DNA of 64,000 nucleotides from Balanoglossus misakiensis (taxonomy: Eukaryota; Animalia; Hemichordata). A program made the translations under genes and the position numbers. Every line of letters starts with the position of its first letter. Within the stretch, counting starts at the first letter, position 1. The notes below the pieces were generated by a model. The model did not search any database. It saw nothing but the letters and a program-made list of their open reading frames with translations, and had not been told where the DNA came from. The stretch is taken from positions 13,120,987 through 13,184,986 of the forward strand of contig CM082583.2 of NCBI GenBank assembly GCA_040954595.2, given 5' to 3'. This document shows, one piece after another, positions 51,101 to 64,000 of the stretch.

Positions 51101-53665
51101 ACTGATCTGTATAATTTTTAATGCATTTGACAGACAGACATGATTAAAATGTTTACCTTCATTTGTCTGCATTTTAAGCTTGTTCTGGTTAATAATAAGT
51201 AATTGATTTTCAGACTGTGAATTCAATGCAAAATGAAATTCAATATGACTTCATTTTAACAATTTCAATAGGAGATTACACATTTAAATTAGAGTAGAAT
51301 AAGGTGTGTTCTGGATTTTTTTGGTCTTTGGAAAAGTCTGATAGCTTGTGTTAAAAAGATATCAAAAGCTCAGTTTTCATCCCTTTTCACTAAATTTCAC
51401 ATTCCACAGAAACTGATAAACGTAGCAACAGAACAATCATTCATGTAACACACGCGGCAACAAATTTTATAGTAACCATGGGAACAATGTCTGCAAATTG
51501 AGATTTGTGATTGAAACAGGAAATAAGTTTAAAATAGAGTAAAGCTCCCCGTATATCCTTCATACACCACAGATGTATCTTTCATATCCAAAAATTAAAA
51601 AAAAAGACTTTCGGCTAGGTTGAAACATATTTTTGTCGCCTGTTATAACACTTTTTGTATCTGGAAATAAATGTAAATTAATACATGTGGTTAAAAATTT
51701 CAGTGCAGGTCATGTATGATGCAAGTTCTTTTATTATCAGAATGTATGGTGTACTATCTAATGATGTGTTTTGGATGATTGAACGGCCCTAAATTATTCA
51801 TCCTGAATAATGAAAGAAAATATTTGTGATGACAAGCATATTGGGATACTGCCTGCTCTAAGCACAGGCCGAAACGCGTATATATCTTGTACCTTAGTGA
51901 CTCATGTCCCGGTAGTGAATTAAAGTAATTGAATTGCTGTATTAATTAGAAAATTATGTACTTTGCCGCAAAAATGGGGTGAATTTTCCCAACGAGTCAA
52001 TTTCGAGTGAATCATTGGGACTGACGTCATGCATGATATGCTTCAGCTGTGTCAGTTTCAAGTTTTTTAAGAATTTGACGAAACAGTACTTGAAGTCCTG
52101 AAAATTTTTGAATGATAGTCAACTTGTCTAATGTCATTGAAATTACCTGTGAATTTTTTCTGAAAATCCTGGAATATTTGCGATAATTCCGGAAATCATG
52201 CCTCATTTAGTATCTTTACATGAGTGAGCTTTCAATTAACCCCAGTGACCCTTGTTGGGACACAATTCATAGAGTCAATTTAATATAAACACGTCAACAT
52301 CAGGTCACTTGTCCTCATGTTCTACTGTCAAGGTTGAAGCCACACCCATATTTCTGAGAAATACTTCAACTGACTAAGAACAGCAAAGACCAGGAATATT
52401 CCCAACCACATTTGCCAGCTGGGATGCCTTATTGCTCACCTCCCGCTGTATTTCTTTGAAGTAATAAAACTGGATCATATCAATCAAACATCTCTTATTT
52501 CCCCAGTGTTATTGCCTGAGGTGATTTCCTGCACGCAACAAAACATGCAGCGCTACAGTGGGTGGATCTCATGATCGTTAGTCCTGTATTTTAGCTGCAG
52601 GGCTGGGCTGCTGTTTCGATATTAAGTTTGCGTATTACCAGCGCTGTTGAATTAAAATCCTCCTTGCTTGGTGAAACTTTCTGCAAAATTGCAGTAATGA
52701 GTAACGTACATGACAAAACAGTTCTCGTTCTGTCTTATTTCCTGCGTAAATCTGCTCTTAAATGGGCCACATTTGTCTCTGTCATATTTTTATAATCATC
52801 TTCCAACAGCGGTGCAGATTAGTAATGAAAATGAGGGGATTGTGTGATGGCCAGCAATAAATATCAGTGATCTTTTGAGCCAGAGAACTGTTTGCCGAAA
52901 AGATGAGTGCGAAAAAAGCTCTGAAAGTAGAGAACAAAAGCGGTATATGCAGCTGCCTCTGTTTGACATAAAAATTGATATGCACACAGAGTGTTTGTGA
53001 GCGAACGTCTCCTGTGCTCAGATAGTGTGTGTGTGTACTTGTCCATTTGTTACGAGTGTCATGCCTATTTGCTAATCACTCTCATCTTTCTCCATTCATA
53101 AGTATTCCCAGGGAAAACCTGGGGCTTTGTAAACAATGGCCAGACCCTGCCCTTGCCTTTATTGCCTTCTTCACAGTTTAGTGCTCAGCTGGTATTTCCA
53201 AACACTTGTGATTCATTTGATATATTGCAGTCAAAGTCCTGCTTTATAGTTTGTGAAACGTTTCAGCGTTCACCTGTAATTCCCCAAATCAGGATCTGGC
53301 TTTTATTGTGGATATGATACCTCAAGTCTGAAGCTAGCTATCTGAAACAATTATTTGATGTTGCCAAAAATAAGTTTGATAATCAGATCTCATGCTTAGA
53401 GTGTTTCAGGTGCTATCCCTTGGGTGCTTCTTGGACATGATCTTTTCAGCGTTTTTCACGAGTTGCATAACATCAATTGCGATTCTGTTCTCATTGTGTT
53501 CAGGGGGTCATTGTGTGGAGTTCGGGGTCATTGTTATTCAGGTAATGTTTTCAAAGGAGTTGTTGTGAATTTACCTTTAATTAAAACACTGATGGGTGTA
53601 TGTACCAAAGATATATCTCCACTCCCACCCACCAAATCACCTTCTCAACCCTGCACTTATGTGTG

Positions 53666-53738
53666 CACACACACACACATACACAGACACAGACCTAGAC
53701 ACACACACACATACATACATATGTATATATACATACAC
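53666..53738. repeat. Imperfect (CA)n/(TA)n microsatellite
   Basis: Seen directly. Confidence 0.85.
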
Positions 53739-56700
53739 GTGATGACATTTTCTGGACTAGGGTCTGCCAACACAACCCTACCCTCATTGAAGTATTCATT
53801 ATACTTACAAGAGTGTACAGGGACATTGTTCCTTCTGACAATTCAAGATAGCCAATGTTCTTTGAGTCCGTAGGAGGGAGTTGCCATCCTGCCATTGCAC
53901 ACCCCACATGTGTGTCGTTACATTTTAAGTGGAAATTTTTTCTTGAATTACAGAGATTGATACTCAATCAGATGCCTTATTGGTGTGATTAGATGCCACT
54001 TCCCTCAGTCAATTTCTGTTAGCAAGGCAGAGAATTTCATTTGACAGCTGTTTACCAGAGATAGGTTGCACTTCATAACAGCCAGTGTGGGCTTGCTGAA
54101 TGCTACTATTCAACCCCAGATAATCATTATCTGCTGTCTAGACTGCAGCATTGACGTGTTTTGTTGCAATTTATCTCAGATTTCCTCGTTTCGAGAAGTG
54201 CAATGAGATTGCATGTTTTATCGTGAAAGGTTCAAATGTCGGTTCGAGGACACTGTGGTGTTTATGCTCCATGATGACACGAATAATCCCTCTGTTGAAA
54301 GTATGGTTGCTTTCATAAGTCCTTTTACACTTCTGAAAATCTGCTGTTCTGATACACATATCTCTGAATGGGTGATACATGAATGTTGTCTGCTGTTTGT
54401 ATAGTGTGTGCAGTCAAATAAAATGGAGAGCATCCACCACCAGTATTGCAATCCTTCATGATCTATCTCATCATTGTGCCAACTCTTGACCCAGTGTGAT
54501 GTCCAGTCAGTGTTGTGGAGGTTCTCGTCAGAAGCTCTGGGTGACCTTAGCTATTAATTCAATTGACCTGCAAGGCATTGGGTTGAAAATCTGCTGCTTA
54601 GCAACCAGCAGGGAAGCCATTAAGTGTTTAATTGCATGGTGGCCACATAACCTTCATTTGCATATTCTGAAGCTGAGCCTCAACTGATGCAAATGATGTT
54701 GCTATGTCAACCCAGTCCTGGAATTTCAACAATCCGCTGAGTGTAAAAAACAACTTCCTGAAGTCAAAGTGGATTTCATTCTTGTCTGTGTCAAGGTCAT
54801 TGGGAATATTGGCTTGTATTGAAAGTACAGATAAGGATCTAAGAAAGTGGCCTAGTTTAGGGTAATGGGTCTGGACAATTTGGTGGGACTGAGGTAACCT
54901 TGGACCCCATTGACAAGTTTAGACAGCTGGTTTACTAATTCTAGGGCTTGTTTACTCTTAGCTTTTCAATCACTTGAATCAACCTGTGCAGTATACTTGA
55001 GTGGGATCTGAGTCACAGGAAAGACTAGCTTTACATGCTGAAAGAATGCAAATGCCATTTCTTAGTTTTGTAGAAAAGAGTAAAACATCTCTCTATAAAG
55101 AATAACCCTATTGTGAATGAGAAAGTGGATTGAGGTTGTAAATCTAGTAGAATTGAGATTATTAACAGGTTTGATAAGTGCTCACTCTCACACTAGTGTG
55201 TGCATAATATCGAAAAGTAAAAGTTTTGCCATTGTCTTGAAACACAGATGTTGAGATTCCCAAGCCATAAAAGTGGGAAAGGCTGACAAGCTCTAGTGGA
55301 TACTGAAATATATTTGGGGAAATTATGTACTGGGTGTGAAGCAAACACTTTTTGTAACCAACTTTTGAGAGCACTGCAAACAACGGGAGGAGAGCATGAC
55401 CTTTGGAGGATGGCCAGGTCGTCGTAAGGTCACAGATATTGTCAGGCTTTTGAATGAGCGTTAATATGCATGTAAACTGATGCAAAAGAAAGAATGCAAG
55501 TGGCACGGTGAAGTTTTACATCGGTCACAAAAGACTCATAATACTTGTTTCGGCTCAATTTCTCGTATTGTACTGCATGGTCAGTGGAGGGAGATGTCTT
55601 TATAAAAACAAGTGATGGTATTTGTGGGGATCAAATGGAACCTTTTGACCATTGACTACAGGCAGAACGCCAGATCTGTTGGAATTTGCCAGCCGCTGGC
55701 CTCGAGGGTGTGTATCTGATACCCGTTCCTCTGTGGCTTGGATTCCGTGCAGAACGGTCTCAACAAAAGACAGAATTTAGGGTCTCTGAGTGTAGTATTG
55801 AAGCGTGGTGGTAGCTGAGCCTGGTCCTGTTGGCCAGCACCAATCATGCAAGACTTCAAAGCAATGCATAGGGGATTGGTTATTACATGATGGTCAGCTT
55901 ACAGTCAATTGTGAGAGCTGTTTAGTGGGCGTCCCTCAGGAAGATAACCGCTTTGTTGCAGAAATCACAAATGTTTTCACAAATCTGAAACCATAAAACT
56001 TTCTTGTTTATGTTCCACAGTAAGAGGTGTTATATGGGGAGTGCGTTCCACAATGGTATCATGAACTCAGTCGCTTGCAGGGTGTGTGTGTAAAGGGACT
56101 GGTGTGTATAAGTAGTTCCCGGCTATAAACACAGCTACATATAGGTCAAGCCATTGTTGGTGTAAGTGTGCAGTACGTGTCATTATCTGCAATTATAAGT
56201 CTGTGGACCTACGGCTCTGACTTGAGTCAGAAATCCATGCTGTGTGGTAACATATATTCTGTGGTGTATTAAATCCTCCGTGTGTCTGGGCTTGTTATTG
56301 CAATGTCTTCCCCCTGCAATTTCGCAACATTTCAGAGTTTTGCCTGCAAAGTCATATACTTCTTTCAGCCATGCTCATGTAATATCCATAGCCGAGTCTA
56401 CAAAAGCTCCGAAAATTAGCAAGCGACTCCCCTGGGTGTGCAGTTTGTAGTCCTGAGCTTTCTGTATCAAATGATGGTGATTTCACTCTAGCCCGCGTTC
56501 TGAATATTGCATGTTTGTCATTTTGACCTGGTGTGTCCCCGTCACGAGGGTGTTGAATTAAAAGTCGTACGTTTGTAAGTGGAAATTTTTTTGCCCTTGA
56601 ACAATGAATGATGGAGTTTGATTTCAAGACAGGACTTGTTTTTGTTCAGAGAATGAATGGGATATGCAAGAAATATTCCATTCACTTTGGGTAACTATAC

Positions 56701-59700
56701 TCATGAGAGAAATAACACAGCATAGATAAATTGTGTCCTGTAGCGATTATGTCAGTGGTTCGGAGATTAGAGGTGACCCAACGTGACCTCTCTGTCCAGA
56801 CTCGTATCCTGAAATCGACAGAGAATGATGATGCCGGAGTGTAGCTGTGCTCCCACATCATGTGAATTCAGTAAATCAGACAGAAAATTGCCTGGCTTGT
56901 GACTTCAAGGCATTGTCATGGTAACGTTTATCTAAATGAAGTAGATTTTGCTAGACTTCACTAGACCAGTGGATTATAAATGAAACCCTTGTATTAATCA
57001 CGAAAAATATCTGAGTGATCCAAAGGACATAGTTCAGGGGTTTCATGGATTGTGCTCCGTGCGAAAATGCATCCTGTTCTACGATGAACATATCTTTTGT
57101 GTCTGCAGGGATAAAAAGTATGCGATTAAAGTTACATTCCCAATGGACTTGAAATTATAAAGATTTCATGCACTGCCCAAGAAAATATTTGGTAATTCAA
57201 TTTTGACAAATGAGAGTGTTTTGAAAACTCAATAATGTGACTGTAATTGGGATAGATTTACATTGCAGATCATTGACTGCTTTCCTGTCAAAATTTTCTT
57301 CGTTAGCTGATGTGATTTCATTAGGCATTGATTTAAATAGAAAGTCGTTTAGTCCACCTGTGACTCTGTTTCCATGGTAATATTTTATACCATGACAGGC
57401 ACATGCACATTAATGAGACAGCAGTGCTATGCATTCAGACTTTCAATATTTTTCTCTTTATCTGCCCACAAGAAAATATTCTGAGAACTCTTTGTATGGT
57501 CACATTTTCACCAAAAGTATGTGTGAAACGTTTTTTCGAAGCTCTCGAAGTAAGTGCTGCATTCACAGCGGCGACTGTCCACCTAGGCCGTGTTCAGACA
57601 CTTAGTGAAAGGTCTGATTGAATCAAGTCATCAGTGCAGTGTCGGAGATGGGTAACCATTAACAGGAAGTGTCGTACAGAGAAAGGAATGAATTCTGTTG
57701 ACAAAAACACACCTTACAAGAAATGAATGTCTAGACCAGACGTGTGTGTTAACCTTTGACCTCACTTTGAAGGAGTCTTCCTGGGATATGCAAAGGAATT
57801 GAGGAGGAACAGGTCTTGTCTGTTCAAGTCCTTGAGGTTCTCTCCTGTGAATTCCAGAGTCTTCTAATTAGTCGAATCCGCTAGAAGAAAACCATCTGGT
57901 TAACATAGCAAGGTTGCACGTCAGCTTCTGGCAATCTGTGAATCAAGTTCATGTCGATAAAGCCAAATTGGTTTACCACAGACACATGACTCTTATCGGA
58001 GACACTCTATGCCTACTTGAAATCTTAGTAGTTTGAAAAAAAGTCCTTGCCTGTTGTTTGTACATAATTAGATGATTTATGTGGTCAATTTTGGCCCTTG
58101 TGCTGCTTCCTAAAACAGCGCCCATAAACTACTGCATTGAGAATTCACCCAAATGGCCCCACTCATTAACTGCTAGCATGGGGTATTTCATGCCAACAAC
58201 ATCAATTGCCATCCTTGTACCACTGGTAAATAAACAAATGTTGTGTTTGAGGTCACCTTGAGCCAAGACTCACCAAACTAACATATACTACCCAGAGGAT
58301 AAAACAAGCACGACCCAAAAAGATGCCATCTTTGAGAAGTATATACACCAAGTCATCAACGTGTGATTTGTCAAAGTTGTTTATTCTTTGTTTTCCCAAT
58401 AAATTAGTTGATACTCTGAATAAATGAGAATGTGGAGGTTTGCTATGGTCATCACATTAACTGCTGTTCATCTCGTTGTCTAGAAATTTCAGTCAATTAT
58501 CAGTGGGGTAGTTCAAAACTAATAGAGACAAAAATACAGCCTGGTGGATGGGCCATCCCTTATTTGCTATGTCAGTTGTGTTTATCTAGATGGGAGTTCA
58601 TGGGTGTGCACTGTCAGAAATGGGAAATTTATTGTTTTGTGTCGGATATTAGTGTTTATTCAACAACAGCAAACCTACAGTCAGGCAACTTGATATCAGC
58701 GTCAAATTAGCATTCTGGTTATCACCGGAATGTTGATATATTATGGCATTCTGTGTTAGTGGGTTTTTGATGATGGTTAATACGTTTGTTATCCTATAGT
58801 TATGACCATTCTGATAAAGTTTGTGAATTAAACCGGCAAAGTTGGCATATTTGCATGTCCGAGCCACGCCAGGATTTTTAGATGTTTGTTTGTTGATGGA
58901 CATGAAGTGGCTTGCTGTGTCCACACTCCCCTGTGGCCAAAACACTTCTGAGTTTGCCATTTGACATTGATCGATTGATTGATATGTTTGCCAATCACTT
59001 TGTCGCATTTGTGGACACGTGGAAGATGCTTTGGGATCAGTTACAGGTTCCATCTTTATTTATTTCAAAATTTCATATCAGTCATTAAATGACTGTAAAA
59101 TGGATTTTTCCCCCTCCATGAAAGAATTCCATTTTCTCATTTACCACAAAGGATCCTGAGCAGATTAAAAAACAGACCGAGAGAAAACAGATTCATCAAC
59201 TGTCTTTAACCCCCTTGGGCTTCATTACGTGGAAAGGTCACTGAGTGGACTAAAACAATGCTGAGACTGAGTCACTTTTATGGAAATGATGTGTAGGATT
59301 TGTGGTTAATGTGATTAAATGGAGACTCCTGTGGGACATTTTCGTGAAGCGTTTTGTGAAAACCCGGCTGTAGCGTCTGTGTGTCTGGTTGTTTCTTGTG
59401 CGAGAAATGTTCCAGTTTCGTGGGAACATTGACTTCTGTTTCTGTGTCGTGCGTCTACTGAACTAAGTTGTTTCTGTCAGCTGACCACATGTGTTTGCCG
59501 GTCACTAACTGGTAGTTTTCCTGCAATCTTCTTTGGTGGCTGGTTATAATCTTTATGTGCACTTGTGCACGTGTACTAACTGTCATAAATTTTCTCTGTC
59601 CAGACAGACACGTCAATTAACATTCCGTAAACATCTCAAAGTAAAAACAAAAGAAATTTGAAGAAAGATACTGTATCTACAAAAGTATTAGAAATAGAAA

Positions 59701-60986
59701 TTTACGGAACATTAATAATTTCCTCCAGATAATATCGTTTCCCAATGCTTTGATGTCCTGCCGAAACTTTTTGATGAATGTGTCAATTTTCTAATCAGGA
59801 CTAACAAATCTGTTGTGACTGTTGTTTCCCATTCCCCTTTCAAAATCATAATGAGGAAAATTTATAATCAATGCCACTATTGTCCATTTCCAAACATAAT
59901 TAACTCCCATTTTTCAGAGCTAATCAACTCCGTAACAGCTGTTTTGTGTTGTGTGAAAGAGACAGGAACTGATACATATTCCAGTGAGCAAGGAAAATGG
60001 AAACAAATAAAAATTGTATTTCAAGATGATGAAAACATCAATTTGCGATAAATGGTTCTTAATGGTATGCAGATTTATGTAAATGATATTTGTGTCTTAA
60101 TTATTAACCCTTTCGCCTCTAGTTCCCTCTTTAGAGGTCCAACCATAAAGATTCCACACTATGGTATCTTGATACAAACAATTTTCACCTACAATGTGAT
60201 TAAATTAATGGTATAATAGGTAAGCCCACAGTTTTGTTACATGGAAAATAAACATTAAAGTATTGATACCATTAGGAGTGGCAATATTGAACCACTCTCA
60301 AGGAATTTATCAAGAAGATTATCTCAAAAATAAACCCAGTATGAAACATCTGTTAGAAATATTTTGATACAAAAGAAATTTGAGGGATGACACACTGGAA
60401 TTTGAAACGTGGGAAAGCTGAATACGACAGTGACAGTCAATTTGCCCTCCTTCTGCCATTTCTGGATTTCCTTGTCAAGAATTTTGTCTCAAGGAGAAGA
60501 AGAGAAAATAAGCTTACATTAATGGCTGTGTATCACAAGTAGTTACAAGTATTGCACTGACACAATTTAATAGAAGTCAGATTGATTGTGTGAGTCAGAG
60601 TGCTTGAATCCAATGACTCACATTCTCTTTTGTGTTTTCACAAAAAGATATCTTTTGCAGGATTCTTGTTTGATCAATAGCTAGAAACAGTTGGATAGAT
60701 GGTGGCAGCATTTTATGGAAGGAATGGGAGTTGCGAGTGAATGTGGTTGCTGAATTTTTTTCCAAGTTCTGATGAAATGGAGGAGATTACATTGCAATGT
60801 GAACAGTGTCCTTTGTGTTACTTAACTCTTCATCGATTGAAGTATTGACATGCATGCAGTGTTTTGGAGAATTTTTCCTGGGGGAGCAAGGGGCTGAGTT
60901 GTGCAAGATGGCATGAAATTTGTAATGGTTGGATGAACTTGCATGCAACTGTTTAGGCCTCGGAAATGTCATACGTCAAAAGACTC

Positions 60987-61058
60987 CGAACCTAATTTAT
61001 AAAATATGAAACTATACATGCTCGAACCCAATTTATAAAATATGAAACTATACATGCT
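60987..61058. repeat. 36-bp direct tandem duplication
   Basis: CGAACC(T/C)AATTTATAAAATATGAAACTATACATGCT occurs twice with one mismatch. Confidence 0.93.
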
Positions 61059-64000
61059 AAACTATCCTTGTCAGATTGGTGGAAAAGGTAACTGTTTGGA
61101 AAAATATCCATGATTTTCAATCGTTGCTTTTGTACATTTAACGTGCGCTTCTGTTCGGAGGATAATCAGGGGAATAGCCAATTATCTTGGCTTGTTTTCT
61201 TTTCATTTATTCTGGCTGACTGTCATTCTGGTAAAGTGACTTGGGTCGTCTTATGCATACTTGTGGTTTGTTTGTTGGGGAAGGCAGAGATGTCCTACAT
61301 GGTGTCAAAGTAATCTCATTAGCATATGGTGCATTGTGGGTAACTGCACACCCGTTGTCTGTGTGGTCCAGTCAGATATTTGTGGGCAGGTCACATCATA
61401 GGTGTAATTAATCACTCAAAAAATCATTTCTAAGTAGACTTAAATGATGAACAAGTAATTGAAATCTGAATCCCAGTATTACTTTACTAAATAAATTGTG
61501 ATCTATGTGGCTTAGTTTGATTTTCTCTAATAAATTGTAGACAGGCATCCTTTCTATCTCTGGAGTGAAACACACACAAAATTACATGTACATGTATGCA
61601 ATAATGTACATTGTATGTTATCACAGAACAGCAGAGCGAGGATGACCAACAATGTATCTTGTTGTAAAGGACATGACAAGATAAATTACACACTGTATAC
61701 GACGTAAACCTAAATAAGAAATTGCTGACTCTTGTCCGTTAAAATATGGACATGGAGAATGTAGAGGTTAAATAGATTGATTTGCATTGATCGTAGGACA
61801 TGAAATTTATACTCCCGATTAGTATTCTAGTGAATCAAGCAAGGCAGTAATTTATTTAGATTCTGACATCGTAAGCTACTTCAGGAATGCGGATCAGTTT
61901 CTGAATGTTACCGAGCTTGTTGTCTTCAGTGTGCCTTGAGTCAAGGAGACAAGATGGTGTGGCTGATTTACGGTTGAAAACATCAGAGTGTTTGAAAAGA
62001 TTGGCCTCAATATATGCAGGAGCCTTGTCACTTAACACTGGTCGTCGTTTAGTTAGCAGTGATAAATGAAATCAAAACAAAATTAATTTGATTACAACAC
62101 TGAACAGTTTGCCTTTAGGATGCTGGCCTAGATGGGCAGCAGTTACTTCGATCACCCAAGCCAAACCATCCCCCATGATTGAAGTCAGTAACGTTGCCAT
62201 GACAACTGGTTATCTGTCATTTACGGATAGGAAATGCCAGTTTGGTTTTCTCATATGTGCGGATCTTCTTGAGGCTCTCTGCGAATTAAGTTGATTTTTC
62301 TTTTCTGCCAGTTAGATTTCTTTCCATTACAGTGAAGCCGTGTGTCTGCCACGGAACAAATACTTACACTGGGAATGTTTGTTCGCAGAAATTAAATTTT
62401 GGACTTAACCTTCTGAACTTTTATGAGATCATGATTTAAAATCTGTTTTAAGGGCTCCACCTGGGCAGTTGTGTCATTGTTCAGAGGAAATATTATGGTA
62501 ATCTCTTACAAGTTGTATTTCTGATTATTTTAGAGTACTAAATTTTGATGCGATTTTAGACAGACCAATCAGAAGGATCTGTAGCAATCATGGGATCTAT
62601 TTTGACCAATAGCAGACAATTCTTTATAGGTACAGGGCAGATTCCTGTATGTCAGTATGGCCTAGTACGATCGGATCCTAACCACTGGAGTTGTGATTTT
62701 CCAACAACCATACACAATTACGTCAAGTCACGCTACACAAACCCCATTATGACTTTGGCTAGAAGCATTATCTCCAGGCTTCCTTCTAATGTTCTGAAAA
62801 CCATCACAGATGTATATTAAAATCATTAATCTCCCAAACTCATCATTTTTTTTCCCTCGGAGGGCAAAATATATAAAACTGAATCCGCTGTGGCATCAAC
62901 TCAACAAACGTGAGCGTAATTGGATTTTGTTTCGGAAACTGCACAATTTGTAATAAACTATGGCAATTCCTAAAAAGTAATGCGCAAAACCCCAGAATGG
63001 GAACAGAAATGAAGTGAAGGCAAAGACGAAGCATAATCTACCATGGCTGATCTGAATCAGATTGGGACTGTGACATACGTTTATTGTGGACTGAATTTTT
63101 AGCTTTCAACAGTTGTGACTGCATGAGTCGTTCCAAGGCATGACTCAAACACAGGTCATGTGAATGTTTGCAAAGTTAAGAGGTCATCATCCCTCTTTCA
63201 CTGAGAAACAAGATTCAGATTTTTGAAATTTCACCTGTTGTCTACACACTGTCCAGCATTGCCTTGATTGTACACAGGTGTGGTCTTATAGATGAGATGA
63301 CAGTGCCACAATAAATCACTGGAAACCAGATCAGCCGGGAGTTGTGATTTCATTTTGGCAATGTCAAGATTACTTTGTTTCATCGCAGGTCTGGGAGTAA
63401 TACCGACAAAAGTGGCAATCAGTATAAATATGAAAATTCCAACTGGGAACGTTGAACGCTGTAAACCCTTCAGGCTCATTTGCTTTGTCAGCTCTTATCA
63501 GAGCATGGTCGGGTTGAAGAAACTACTAAAAGGGCTAACACAGCCGCTTTTAATAGACTTTCCTGACATGGAGATTGCTTATTCCGCATTCATATTAACT
63601 TTGTAATTTCCTTCGTAATACGGGTGATGCATCTAAAAAGACAGATGTTTAACGTGAAGACATCCTTCTGTGTGACAGAAAAAAGACATAGTAGAGCATA
63701 TGAAAACAGGAATCGAACGACGGATTGCTTTGCTTATGAATTATGCAGAGTCAAAGTAATTTCTGTGCTACTGGTTGATGTAACAATATAATGCAGTACT
63801 GCAGCATTTCTTGAAAATTATTCTCTCGTGGCAAAAAGCTGAATTGTTGATGTTCTAGCATAGGAGCAACCCACTGGTAGACGTTAAACACCTTGAAGGC
63901 TTTTCAGTGTCAAAGTAATGTCATAAATGTAGTAAAGAATATCATTTTTTAAAACACTCATTTTTCTGAAAATATGTCCCTGAGGAAAATTACTGCAGTC

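Noticed and set aside
53410-53541. Open phase-1/phase-1 exon candidate that could follow the signal exon
   Set aside because: Weak pyrimidine tract, an internal micro-duplication and no recognisable domain.
60103-60140. TTAACCCTTT piggyBac-like terminus
   Set aside because: No matching opposite end found.
62332-62440. Acceptor followed by EGF-like CVCHGTNTYTGNVC
   Set aside because: Only a partial motif, with no convincing donor before the in-frame stop; likely chance.

Overview
Eukaryotic (animal) genomic DNA, probably an invertebrate deuterostome such as a hemichordate, echinoderm or amphioxus (inferred from intron positions, composition and patchy CpG depletion; not provable here). Four spliced + strand genes can be built by hand. 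Two are tandem paralogous MuRF/TRIM54-55-63-like coiled-coil/COS/charged-tail genes with identical 96/234/23-nt internal exons: gene A (3372-5781) has a C3HC4 RING but no B-box, and gene B (8640-13417) appears to lack both. The others are RPS17 (14526-15969, TCT/TOP promoter) and the elongation factor ELL (18010-37772, 11 exons, long 3' UTR). A CpG-richer block at about 43-48 kb holds two apparently homologous 82-nt signal-peptide-like exons, one with a dead splice donor, and probable 5' exons of a large gene whose CpG-poor intron fills 48-64 kb. Most supplied short ORFs are noise. The best candidate for a novel system is the RING-plus / RING-less MuRF-like pair.
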